From Octopus vulgaris (lineage: Eukaryota), in assembly GCA_951406725.2 (NCBI GenBank), contig OX597830.1:52638001-52702000 (forward strand): 64,000 nucleotides of DNA, given 5' to 3'. The position numbers were made by a program, and so were the translations under genes. The notes under the pieces were generated by a model. The model saw nothing but the letters and a program-made list of their open reading frames with translations. It searched no databases and had not been told where the DNA came from. Positions 38,357-50,114 of the stretch are shown here, one piece after another (the first letter of the stretch is position 1; the number at the start of each line of letters is the position of its first letter).

Positions 38357-39325
38357 CATCATCATCATCATCATCGTTTAACGTCCGTTCTCCATGCTAG
38401 CATGGGTTGGACGGTTCGACTGGGGTTCTGGGAAGCCAGAAGGCTGCACCAGGCTCCAGTCTAATCTGGCAATGTTTCTACAGCTGGATGCCCTTCCTAA
38501 CGCCAACCACTCCGTGAGTGTAGTGGGTGCTTTTTACGTGCCACCTGCACAGGTGCCAGGCGAGGCTGGCAACGGCCACGGTCAGATTGGTGTATTTTAT
38601 GTGCCACCGGCACGGAAGCCAGTCGAGGCGGTGCTGGCATCGGCCACGAGTCGGATAGTGCCTTTTACGTACCACCAGACCAGGGATCCTGGCTGGTTCA
38701 ATTCGATTTCGATTTCGCTTGCCCCAACATGTCTTCACAAGCAAAGGGGGTTGGCATGGGTGCCTGTCGTACGGTCGCATTGGAGTATTTTACGTGCCAC
38801 GGCCACGAGTCGGATAGTGCTTTTACGTACCACCAGACCAGGGATCCTGGCTGGTTCAATTCTATTTCGATTTCGCTTGCCAACATGTCTTCACAAGCAA
38901 AGGGGTTGGCATGGGTGCCTGTCGTACGGTCGCATTGGAGTATTTTACGTGCCACGGCCACGAGTCGGATAGTGCTTTTACGTCACCACCAGGCCAGGGA
39001 TCCTGGCTGGTTCAATTCGGTTTCGCTTGCCCCAACATGTCTTCGCAAGCATGGGGGGTTGGCATGGGTGTCTGTCATCGGATAAGGTTCTATATCAACT
39101 TCGCTTGCCTCAACAGGTCTTTGTGTCCAAGGGAGGAAAGGCATTCATAAGTGGGCTGGGCTCACTTGTCCTGCCTGGTCTTCTCACGTACAGAATATTT
39201 CCAAAGGTCTCGGTCGCTGGTCATTTCCTCAGTGAGGCCTAAAGTTCAAAGGTCGTGCTTCACCACCTCGTCCCAGGTTTTCCTGGGTCTACCTCTTCCA
39301 CGGGTTCCCTCAACTGCTAGGGATT
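38357..39325 (-). mobile_element. 5'-truncated RTE LINE with tandemly repeated 3' UTR and (GAT)n tail
   Basis: Minus strand VEGTRGRGRPRKTWDEVVKHDL at about 39250-39315. The terminal block is shared with short copies at about 7995, 40424, 41678, 45650, 46272, 48622, 50953 (-) and 29996, 55915 (+). Confidence 0.8.
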
Positions 39326-42064
39326 GTGGGTGATTATACAATGTAGAGTTTAAAGGTGGGTTCTGAGGTCAAAGAACAGGTGGATTTAAAACAAGGATGC
39401 TCCCTAGCTGTTTACTGCGCTCCCTGTTATAAAAACCAGCTGCAGGATATTTGTAGAGGGAGATTTAAGTGCTATAGTCTACAGATCAGATAATTTCATA
39501 GGAGGCTACCTTACTGGCTAGTATAGTTCATTCATTTGTTTTAAATTCATATTTTTATGCTGGCATGGATTGAATAGATTCTTATTTGAGACAGTATCTT
39601 ACAGCTGGACGCTCTCCCAGTCACTAACTCTTACCTGTTTGACAAGTAAGGGTTTTTTTTTTTTAATCCACTAGTCTTGGAAAGGGTGGAGATATGAGAC
39701 ATATTGTCACTGGGAAGATAACCATCATATCAGTATGTGTTTTTTTTTTTTTGTTTTTTTTTTAACTGATAGTCTTGTGAAAATACAGAAAATTTCAATA
39801 CACAAATATGTGATGATTCCCTCATTTTGTCAGATGACAGCTATCTCACATTCAGCCTGACTGTTCTGATTTATTTTCGTTTTTACATGTGCATGGATAT
39901 AACTTTTCACACCATACATCCATAACCATAGGACTTTATAAAATACAAAATGGATCAAGAAATGAAATAAAAGTGAGATATCTGTACATCACTGGATTTA
40001 AGTGACAAAAGCTTGTACAAGCCGTTTGCCATTCTTGCAATCTTCATAGCAGGTTCCAATGACAAGCATTGCAAGATCATATGCATGCACACACAAACTC
40101 ACAAACATACATACATGGTAACAGTTATGGTCAGTCCGATACTCAGACATGTGTAATTATTGCTCATATGAAGGCAACGTGCTAAATATTGGAAAAGTTG
40201 AGCTACAGAGTGCAGTAAGATTGCATACAGATATTTCTTTGTAAGTGTTTTGAACATTACATATATTCCAGCATATTTATATAAACGATATATACATCTT
40301 AACATATCTCTATATATAAAATATTTATATAAACACAACATTGTAACAATACACGCATAAAGAAGTACGTCCGGTAATGTCTCAAAACAATTTACGAAAA
40401 TGGCAAACCCCACTCAGTATGTACATCATCATCATCGTTTAACGTCCGTTTTCCATGCTAGCATGGGTTGGACGGTTCAGCCGGGGTCTGGGAAGTCAGG
40501 AGGCTGCACCAGGCTCCAGTCTGATTTGGCAGTGTTTCTACAGCTGGATACCCTTCCTAACGCCTACCACTCTGTGAGTGTAGTGGGTGTCTTTTACGTG
40601 GCACAGGTGCCAGGAGAGGCTGGCAACGGCCATGATTGATTGGTGCTTTTTACATGCCGTCAGTATGGAAGCCAGTTAAGGCAGCACTGGCAATGGCTAC
40701 GTTCGGATGGTGCTTTTTACGTGCCACTGGCACTGGAATCACAACAACAATTTCCATTGAATACATTTCAATACAATTGTAGAATTAAAAACAACCTGAA
40801 AGGAAAGATTACCCAAGCTATAAACAACTTCAAATTTAATTCTGACAAAACTTTATCGAAACTTTTAAAGATCATTGTCTCTTTTGAAAAACTGGGCATC
40901 CATTACTTTTATTTGGCTTGGTTTCCACAGCTGGATGCACTTCCCATCACCAACCACATTACAGTGCACTGGGTGCATACATGCACACACACACACACAC
41001 CACACATGTACACACATATATGACAGACTTCCATACAGTTTCTGTCTTTTGATTCTGCTCACAAGGCGTTTGACCCAAGGTTGTAATACAAGTCACTTGC
41101 CCAAGGTGACCATAAGTAGAATAGAACTTCAAACCACATGGTTATGAAGCAAACTCTGTACCCCACATTGCCATGGCTATTCTTTATCTTAAAAATAGTT
41201 GGAGGGGGGTTTATTGATGAAGATTTAGTTGCTATAAAACCCCCACTTCGTTACTTCATAGCCCCTATTTTTAAAACTTTAAGGAAGGGTTGTTAACTGG
41301 ATTTCTATGCTGCTACGTATAGCAAGTCAAGAGATGCCTTGGAAGTAGCTTTATTTCTTAACCATAGCATTTGTAGCTGTTGTATAAGATTTGCAAAAGA
41401 ACTGGGACAAATAATGTTGACCAATCATATCTTTATGTATTGATATCTGAAATGTCACTGAGTGAATAGAAATAACACTCCTAAGAACTGGGTTACAGAT
41501 ATCAGTATATACACATGCAAACACTCACACAAATATCTTTTATTTGTACTGATAAAAAAATGTTTGCATTTATAGATAGATAGGTAGGTAGGTAGGTGTG
41601 GGTAACCATGTCCCAATTCAAGGCTAATTCAATTCCTGCCAGTGTTATTTAATAGCTCTATATATCTGCCTATCTATCATCATCATCATCATACGTCCGT
41701 TTTCCGCGCTAGCACGGGTTGGACGGTTTCGACCGGGGTCTGGGGAGCTAGGGACTGCCCCAGGCTCCAGTCTAGTCTGGCAGTGTTTCTACAGCTGGAT
41801 GCCCTTCCTAACGCCAACCACTCCGCGAGTGTAGTGGGTGTTTTTTACGTGCCACCTGCACAGGTGCCAGAGGGGTCTGGCATTGGCCACGTTCGGATGG
41901 TGCTTTTTATGTGGCGGGGGTGCAGAAATATAGGGGAGCACCAGTGGGGAGGGGTGGTTCAGAGAAATGATGACAGGTTCTAGGCAAGTAGAACGTAGGA
42001 TAGATGGAGCAAAAATATAGAGATATCCGGTATTGGTGGTGGGGGTGGGCAGGGCGGGTGCACC

Positions 42065-42495
42065 GCGAATACACGATGGTTGATTATAGTCGAGAGGAGA
42101 AATGGATAAATTAGTTAAAATAATTAGATAGATAGAGAAATTAGATAAAAATAGTTAGATAGATAAGAAAGCATGTATGATCGATCGAGAAGTGAAAATA
42201 AATAAGCATTCAAACTTATCTGCGCTCGGGTGCTAGATGAATGAATGAGAGAGCAAATGTTGGGGCTGCCTTTTTTAAGTAAAAATTGTCCGGAAGAGGA
42301 ATTTTTGGACAAGGCGGAAGTGTATTAAAGGAACAGGCTTCAAGATGGCGAATACACGATGGTTGATTATAGTCGAGAGGAGAAATGGATAAATTAGTTA
42401 AAATAATTAGATAGATAGAGAAATTAGATAAAAATAGTTAGATAGATAAGAAAGCATGTATGATCGATCGAGAAGTGAAAATAAATAAGCATTCA
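42065..42495 (+). repeat. 148-bp exact direct repeat (42065-42212 and 42348-42495)
   Basis: GCGAATACACGATGG...AATAAGCATTCA twice, offset 283. Confidence 0.92.
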
Positions 42496-42599
42496 CTCTT
42501 TATATATTAATATATATCTTACTCCTCCACTCTATGTATGTATGTATTTATGTGTGTGTGTATATGTATATATATAAATATGCTGCCCGCCTCTCTGTA

Positions 42600-42637
<38 letters not shown>

Positions 42638-43256
42638 TGCACACATATTATTATAGGTGCAGGCATGGCTGTGTGGTAAGAAGTTTGCTTCTCAACCACA
42701 TGGTTCCAGTTCAATCCCACTGCGTGGCACCTTGGGCAAGTGTCTTCTACTATAGCCTTGGGCTGACCTAAGCCTTGTAAGTGGATTTGGTAGACAGACA
42801 CTTAAAGAAGCTTGTTGTGTATATAGACACACACACACATCTCATCATCATTATCATCATCTTTTAGCACCTGTTCTCCATGCTGGCAAGGTTTGGACAG
42901 TTTTCCAGCTGGCCAACTCCTGTCAAACTGTCCAACCCATGCCACCATGGAAAACGGATGGTAAAAGATGATGATGATGATGAATGTGTGTGTGCGCGCC
43001 TTTGTGTTTGTCTCCCACTGCCACTTGACAACCAATGTTGGCATGTTTACATCCCTATAACCTAGCAGTTTGGCAAAAGATAGAATAAGTACCGGGCTTA
43101 ATATGTACTTGACTAACAAAGTACCAGGCTTTAAAAGAAAAAAAGTACTCGGATTGATATGTTTGACTAAAGTTCATCAAAGCAGTGCCCCAGTATGGCC
43201 ACAGTCTAATGACTGGAGCAAGTAAAAGTGTAAAAGATAAAAGACATATGTATATA

Positions 43257-43291
<35 letters not shown>

Positions 43292-43483
43292 TTAAGTAGT
43301 TGAATGAATTATCTTAGTATGGATAATTCGGTTAACCGATACCTGGGTAGCAAATTCACGTCAGAAAAACACGGTTGAAGCTACATGCCAAAGGCAGAGA
43401 TCACGTGCTTTCGTGTGGAAATTTGTTTGTTTTTTTAAATACAAATAAATGAAAGAATGGAGTTGAACGACAATTTAACAAAA

Positions 43484-43582
43484 TTCCTTTATTCTCGACA
43501 TATGTTTTGAAGGCTGCATATTCCTAATTTCGAAGGAATAAGGGGTGCATTATGCTGCCTTCTCATCAGGAAAAACAAGGAA
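43484..43582 (-). ncRNA. Antisense copy of the same hammerhead, core mutated (GAAAC to AAAAC, G12A)
   Basis: Reverse complement of 43705-43803, except that the + strand reads GTTTTGAAGG rather than GTTTCGAAGG, plus one stem I change. Confidence 0.75.
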
Positions 43583-43704
43583 CTTATGTCAGCATGAAGA
43601 TGAACAAAAACTTTTAGATGACTGCCCACACGGAGCCCATAGCGATATGGGCTCTGTGTGGGCAGTCATCTAAAAGTTTTTGTTCATCTTGATGCTGACA
43701 TAAG

Positions 43705-43803
43705 TTCCTTGTTTTTCCTGATGAGAAGGCAGCATAATGCACCCCTTATTCCTTCGAAATTAGGAATATGCAGCCTTCGAAACATATGTCGAAAATAAAG
43801 GAA
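43705..43803 (+). ncRNA. Type I hammerhead ribozyme with intact core and extended stem II
   Basis: TTCCTTGTTTTTC-CTGATGA(43718-24)-GAAGGCAGCA..TGCAGCCTTC-GAAAC-ATAT-GTC(43788-90)-GAAAATAAAGGAA; stems I, II and III all pair; stem III is the palindrome ACATATGT. Confidence 0.85.
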
Positions 43804-43933
43804 TTTTGTTAAATCGTCGTTCAACTCCATTCTTTCATTCATTTATATATATATATATATATTACATAAACACATATCTATTCAATCCTCCCCCTTCCAT
43901 TCATTTTATTTCTTTTCGTCTTCAATTTTCCAG

Positions 43934-44030
43934 GAAATGTTGCTTCACGTCCCAACTGTCAGTAAATCTAAAGTGGCAAAATTTCATAAACTCTTCAAAT
44001 CTGTGCCTCGGTCGGAATCTCTAATTGATC
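43934..44030 (+). CDS. GRAMD2B: GRAM domain start (EMLLHVPTVSKSKVAKFHKLFKSVPRSESLID)
   Basis: TTCCAG acceptor, C|GTAAGT donor; FHKLFKSVP matches the motif that precedes the GRAM domain in GRAMD proteins; phase 0 to 1. Confidence 0.9.
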
Positions 44031-44563
44031 GTAAGTAGACCATCTTCCATCTCCTGACTCTTCTTTTCTTTAACTAATCCCTGTCTGAAGGTGCAACAAT
44101 CAAAATGTTTTAAAATTTGCACAGTTAGTGTGGAGTTTGAGTGTTTCTTTATCCCTAAGAAGATATAGAAGTAAGCATACCAACCCCAAATCCTATTTCA
44201 GGATCAGCCCTCACCTCACTTTCCACCAGAGTTAAACCAGCATGGTATATGTTAATAAGAGTAAACACTCAATCATTCAGTTCCTGATCCAATCACACTG
44301 CACAGCATAATTTGGTGACAGAAGCCTATTGTGTATTCTATTGAGGCAGATTTTCTACAGCTCGATGCCTTCCCTGTCTCCAACAATCACCAGTTTCCAA
44401 GCAAGGTACTCTTTCCTCCAGGACTCTTTCAGTTTCCACCTACCAAACCCATCCACAAGTCTTTCGTTGGTCCATAGCTTTAGTAGAAGACACCCAAGAT
44501 GCCACACAGTTGGATTGAACCCAAAACCATATGGTTGGGAAATGAATTTCTTAACCCCACAGC

Positions 44564-44601
<38 letters not shown>

Positions 44602-46583
44602 CTTTTACAATGTATACTTATCAACAATGCATAAGCACTTGAGAAAAGAGAAGTGGGGAAGGTAGTGAAATTCCTAGTGGTGGTTGCTCTGTCTCAGATA
44701 TAAACTCGTCTTCGTCAGTTGCTCCATCCAAAATGTAATAAACCAGTGATCATCAGTCATTGAAAACCTGTAACCAATCAACTCCAATCTTAATCACTTG
44801 TAATGTAAAATTAAAACAGAAACTGAAATTTTAAAAAAAAAGCCATCACAGTTTTGCAGCCACAATTGAGGTTTCATTCCCTTGGTTTCTGTTTTTGTGT
44901 GAGATTTATTAGCCATAAGATACACTCTGTGAAGTTGTGATGCAGGTGCCTCACATATGGCTATATTGTTGTTGGACCTCAAGTTGGCCTACTTGCTAGA
45001 AATAACAGCCAAATCTCCCTAAAACCACAACCCCACTCTACCTCTACCATTCTTTAAAAATAAGAACATCTGATACACGAAAAGATGTCGTGATTATGGC
45101 TAGAACACTTTTGATCTGTTTGATCAGGGCTGGACCACCACTCCTTCCTGACCAATCACCTGATGTCTGGCCATATCACCCGGTTAATACTGAAACAGAC
45201 CACTTGTGTAGGTAATCCACTGTAATCAGATTAACAACCCAACAGATTAACTTCTGAAATTAATCATCGTCAAATCTTTTTATGTTGATGTCTTTAGTTC
45301 ACATAATGACTTAAAAGATATTCTGATGGAATTTCTGTCACAAACAACTCTGTCATCACCATCATAGTCAAACATAGTTCACTGGTATAAACAGAGGGAG
45401 CAGTCTATAACTAATGAATGTTTCATTAGTTTGAACTTTATATATATGTGTGTGTGTGTGTGTATTTAGGGCTAAAAAACTATGTGGACAGCTATATATA
45501 TTTTAGCCCTAAATATACACATATATTGAAATTTTCTCTGATTTTTCAGATTTTTTATAACGCTAGGTTACTGGTTTTAAATTGATAATAATTAAATTAA
45601 TATTCAATTTATCTCCCTCATTATTTAAATATATATATCATCATCTATTCATCATCGTTTAGCGTCCGTTTTCCATGCTAGCATGGGTTGGACGGTTCTA
45701 CTGGGGTCTGTGAAGTCAGAAGGCTTCATCAGGCCCAGTCAAATCTGGCAGTGTTTCTACGGCTGGATGCCCTTATATATATATATATATATACATAATG
45801 TATGTATATAGGAATATGTTGTCATGAAACACGCATAATCTATATAATGTAAAGTATATGATTTGGAATAAAAATTGAAGGCATTAATTTTGATGATATT
45901 AATATTTAGTCCTATATGTGCCTGTCGTGGATAATGTCGTTCAATGATGATTGAGGTGCTTGAGGGGGATTCTCTACCCCCACCATTGCTTGACAACCAA
46001 TGTTGCTATGTTTACGTTCCCATAACTTAGCATTTCGGCAAAAGGACACTGATTGAATAAGTACTAGACTTATAAAGAATAAATCCTGTGGCCGATTTGT
46101 TCAACCAAATGTGGTGCTCCAGCATGGCTGCAGTCACATGACTGAAACAAGTAAAACAACAACAAAAAAAACTATGCCATTTTAATCTTGCTTGTGTGTG
46201 TATATATATATATATGTATGTGTGTGTGTATGTATACATATATATGTATATAGATATGTGTATACATATATCATCATCATCATCATTTAGCATCCGCCTT
46301 CCATGCTAGCATGGGTTGGACGGTTCAACTGGGGTCTGTGAAGCCAGAAGGCTGCATCAGGCCCAGTCTGATCTGGTGTTTTTACGGCTGGATGCCCTTC
46401 CTAACGCCAACCACTCCGTGAGTGTAGTGGGTGCTTTTTACGTGCCACCCGCACAGGTGCCAGACGGAGCTGGCAAACGGCCATGAACGGATGGTGCTTT
46501 TTACGTGCCACCGGCACGGGAGCCAAGCGAGGCTGGCAACGACCACGAACGGATGGTGCTTTTTACATGTATATATACATATG

Positions 46584-46615
<32 letters not shown>

Positions 46616-47292
46616 GTCCTATAACCAGGGTATCTTGAGCTGTATAGATATGTGTGTATGTGTGTATGCATCCATATCTGTATGTGTGTATGCGTATGCA
46701 TCCGTGTGTGTGTGTGTGTGTGTATGTGAAGGATATAAACATTGATGAGAAAACTGGAAAGCAGTTCTTTATGAATGGAGTCTCTTGTATTGTGTTGAAC
46801 ATTAACCTCATCATATTTACATAGACAATAAACCTAAATCTGTGATCAGCTGTCAGTAACTGTGCACCAAAATATGATATCAATAAACAAGGGAACCTCA
46901 GCTTAGTAGCTTAGCATTCTGCTAGAAATAGCAACCAAATATCTTTCAAATCACACCAAACTGCCTTATGACAGAAAAGACAGTGTGTGTAAAGTATAAA
47001 GTACATTGTATAAAGGTGAGTTGGCAGTAGGAAGGTCCTTTATATTTTAAACAATAACTTAGTGTATTTGGCCAGCCCATGCCTGCATGGAAATACTGAC
47101 TTAAAACCAAACTATGAGTTTTGGTTACACTACCCTCCACCCCCACCTTCACCCAGACCAGTTTTTATAGAACAGTTGTGAAATTAGAGACATTCCATCT
47201 GTGGCTACTTCTTGTATTTAGATACATATTGTGTTTGTGTGTACATAGGTTTCCTTAGTATAGTGTACTTTTATCATGTGTAGTGTCCTAGT

Positions 47293-47626
47293 GAAGGCAC
47301 ATGGCTCAGTGGTTAGAGCGTCGAGCTTACGATCGTGAGGTTGTGAGCTCAAATCCTGGACTAGGCTGCGTGTTGTGTTCTTGAGCAAGACACTTTATTT
47401 CATGTTGCTCCAGTTCACTCTGCTGTAGAAATGAGTTGTGACATCACAGGTGCCAAGCTATATCGACCTTTGCCTTTCCCTTGGATAACACTGGTGGCAT
47501 GGAGAGGGGAGGCCAGTATGCATGGGCGACTGCTGGTCTTCCATAAACAACCTTGCCCGGACTTGTGCCTGGGAGGGTAACTTTCTAGGTGCAATCCCAT
47601 GGTCAGTCATGACCGAAGCGGGTCTC
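47293..47626 (+). mobile_element. SINE family C
   Basis: Full-length copy. Confidence 0.85.
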
Positions 47627-49640
47627 AGTATACTTGTTAGTGTTAGTGGATATAGTTGTTGTTTAGTCTCTAGTCAGCCCTGATGCACACATACCTATGA
47701 TCAAAGATGCTCCAGGCATGACCTTACTGTTTATGTCCAGCTGGTTGAGTAATCACATAGAGGTTAAGGAGCACTTTTGTCATTGTTTCACTACATACGT
47801 ACTTCATTAATCACCACCACCACTGCCACCACCCTCTGTCTCTTACATATTAGAATGGTTGGATGTTCCTATGTGGAATGCCTCTGATCATAGGTTTGCA
47901 GCAACATTTTTTTTCTGGGGTCACTGACTTGGTGAGAGAAGTGGGAGTGAAAAGGTAGAGGCCGTAGGTCATAGGAACACATGGAAAGAGGCCAGTTTGT
48001 GAAATTATGTCAACTAGAAATGAAAAATTTGACTTTAATAAGACACTGCTTACTCTGCTTGTCACTTCTACTTAACTCTATTGTGGCTATGGTACACATG
48101 CACATACATACACATACACAGACATACACATTCACAGATTCCTCTCTACCTCCACTTCCACATATCCCCTACACACATACACTCACTCTTTTATACACAC
48201 ACATATTTGCATATATATATATACATCTACATGTACAAATAACCCCTGCATATGTATATTCTCCCCATACACACATACACACACTCACATATTTCCCCAT
48301 TACAAACACCCACATTTTCTCTTGTATACACACAGAGACACACGCACATCCCCCCTAAACACACAATACACCCACCCCTCCCCTATGCCTTTTATTCTTT
48401 ACTTGTTTCAGTCATTAGACTGTGGCCATGCTGGGACACTGCCTTAGCCCTTTTTTTGTAAGCCTGGTACTTATTTTGTCAGTCTCTTTAACTGAACTGC
48501 TAAGTTATAAGGACATAATCACACTAAAACCGGTTGTCAAGCAATAGTGAGGGACAAAAGCACAAAGTCACACAAGCACACATTTTTATATATATATATA
48601 TATATATATGATGACCAATTTCATCATCATCATTTAACGTCCGCTTTCCATGCTAGCATGGGTTGGACGATTTGACTGAAGTCTGGCGAACCGGTGCTTT
48701 TACAGGCCACCGGCACGAGGGCCAGTTTGGTGGTACTGGCAATGGCCACGCCCAAATGGTGCTTTTTTATGTGCCACCTGCACAGGAGCCAGTCCAGCAG
48801 CACTGGCTACAACGTTAATAATAAATAATTGTTAACTTCTTTATCTCCAACCAAGTTACTGTGAGTGGATTTGGTAGGCAGAAGCTTTAGCAGTATTCCG
48901 TCTGCCGTTACGTTCTGAGTTCAAATTCCGCCAAGGTCGACTTTGCCTTTCATCCTTTCGGGGTCGATAAATTAAGTACCAGTTACTCACTGGGGTCGAT
49001 GTAATCAACTTAATCCCTTTGTCTGTCCTTGTTTGTCCCCTCTATGTTTAGCCCCTTGTGGGCAATAAAGAAATAAATATATATCTATTTGCAGGCCACA
49101 TGCATGGTGAAGTGGTTAGAAAGTGACTTTGCAATCGTAAGGTCTCAGATTTCAATACCAGTGTGTGACACCTTGGGCAAGTGTCTTCTAATGTCACCTT
49201 AGCTCAACTCAAGTCTTGTGAGTTGAAATTGGGAGACAGAGTCTGTGTGGAAGCCTTTCAGATGTACTAGACCTGTAATGGCGCCATTGGGAGTACACAT
49301 GTCTGTGGAATACCCAGCCACTTACACAATAGCTGAGTGATTAAGCTGTTTAGTTAATTAGACAACTGAATATCCATCAATAAAGAAATTCTTCAGTTTC
49401 TCTGTGTGTTTATGAGAAAAATGCTCTGAAAGTGCATGGCTTAGGGGCTAGGGTATTCAGCTCATAATCATAAGGTTGTGAGTTCGATTTCCAGTGGCAC
49501 ATTGTGTCGTTGAGCAAGACACTTTATTTCTTACTTCTCCAATCCACTCAGTTGGTAAAAATGAGTTGTACCTGTAATTCAAAAGGCCAGCCTTGTCACA
49601 TTCTGTGTCACGCTGAATCTCTCTCTGAGAACTATGTTAA

Positions 49641-49862
49641 CCCTTTCGTTACCAACCCGGCTGAAACCGGCTCTGGCCCTGAGTACAAATGTTTTGTTTG
49701 CAAAAGTTTTGAATTAAAATCTTCCACCAAACCTTAGACACAATTTATGTTCCTAACACTAGCTGAATGATAACCAAGTTATTTTACTAAATTCTTTGTT
49801 ATATTTAAAATTAATTAAAAGAAACACAGAGCATCTCAGCAGAAATAATGGTAACAAAAGGG
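49641..49862. mobile_element. TTAA-flanked (piggyBac-type) MITE
   Basis: TTAA|CCCTTTCGTTACCA ... TGGTAACAAAAGGG|TTAA. Confidence 0.85.
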
Positions 49863-49893
49863 TTAAAATATATAATAGAGAAACAATTCTTAA

Positions 49894-50114
49894 CCCTTTC
49901 ATTACCAATCCAGCTGAAACCGCTTCTGACTCTGTAGTACAAATGTCTTGTTTTCATAAGTTTTGAATTAAAATCTTCCACCAAACCTTAGACACAATTT
50001 ATGTTCCTAACACTAGCTGAATGATAACCAAGTTATTTTACTAAATTCTTTGTTATATTTAAAGTAATTGAAAGAAATGCAGAGCATCTCAAAATAAATA
50101 CAGTAACAAAAGGG
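49894..50114. mobile_element. Second TTAA MITE copy in tandem
   Basis: TTAA|CCCTTTCATTAC ... GTAACAAAAGGG|TTAA; body nearly identical to 49641-49862. Confidence 0.85.

Larger units (their letters stand above)
43292..43844. mobile_element. PLE-like inverted pseudo-LTR remnant inserted in (TA)n
   Basis: Two inverted hammerheads and (TA)n flanks on both sides; blocks ATGGAGTTGAACG, GAATTTGCTACCC.GG and GATAATTCATTCA are shared with 19340-19711. Confidence 0.55.
43443..43844. repeat. 402-bp inverted repeat (199-bp arms, GCGA loop)
   Basis: Arms 43443-43641 and 43646-43844 pair without indels; six differences counted by eye, two of them G-U compatible. Confidence 0.95.

Noticed and set aside
38394-38972. 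192-aa ORF with an internal repeat
   Set aside because: Antisense reading of an RTE 3' UTR tandem repeat.
44680-44725. Minus-strand CTGACGA-AGA..TCT-GAGAC hammerhead look-alike
   Set aside because: GAAA is altered, and there is no NUH site or stem I partner.
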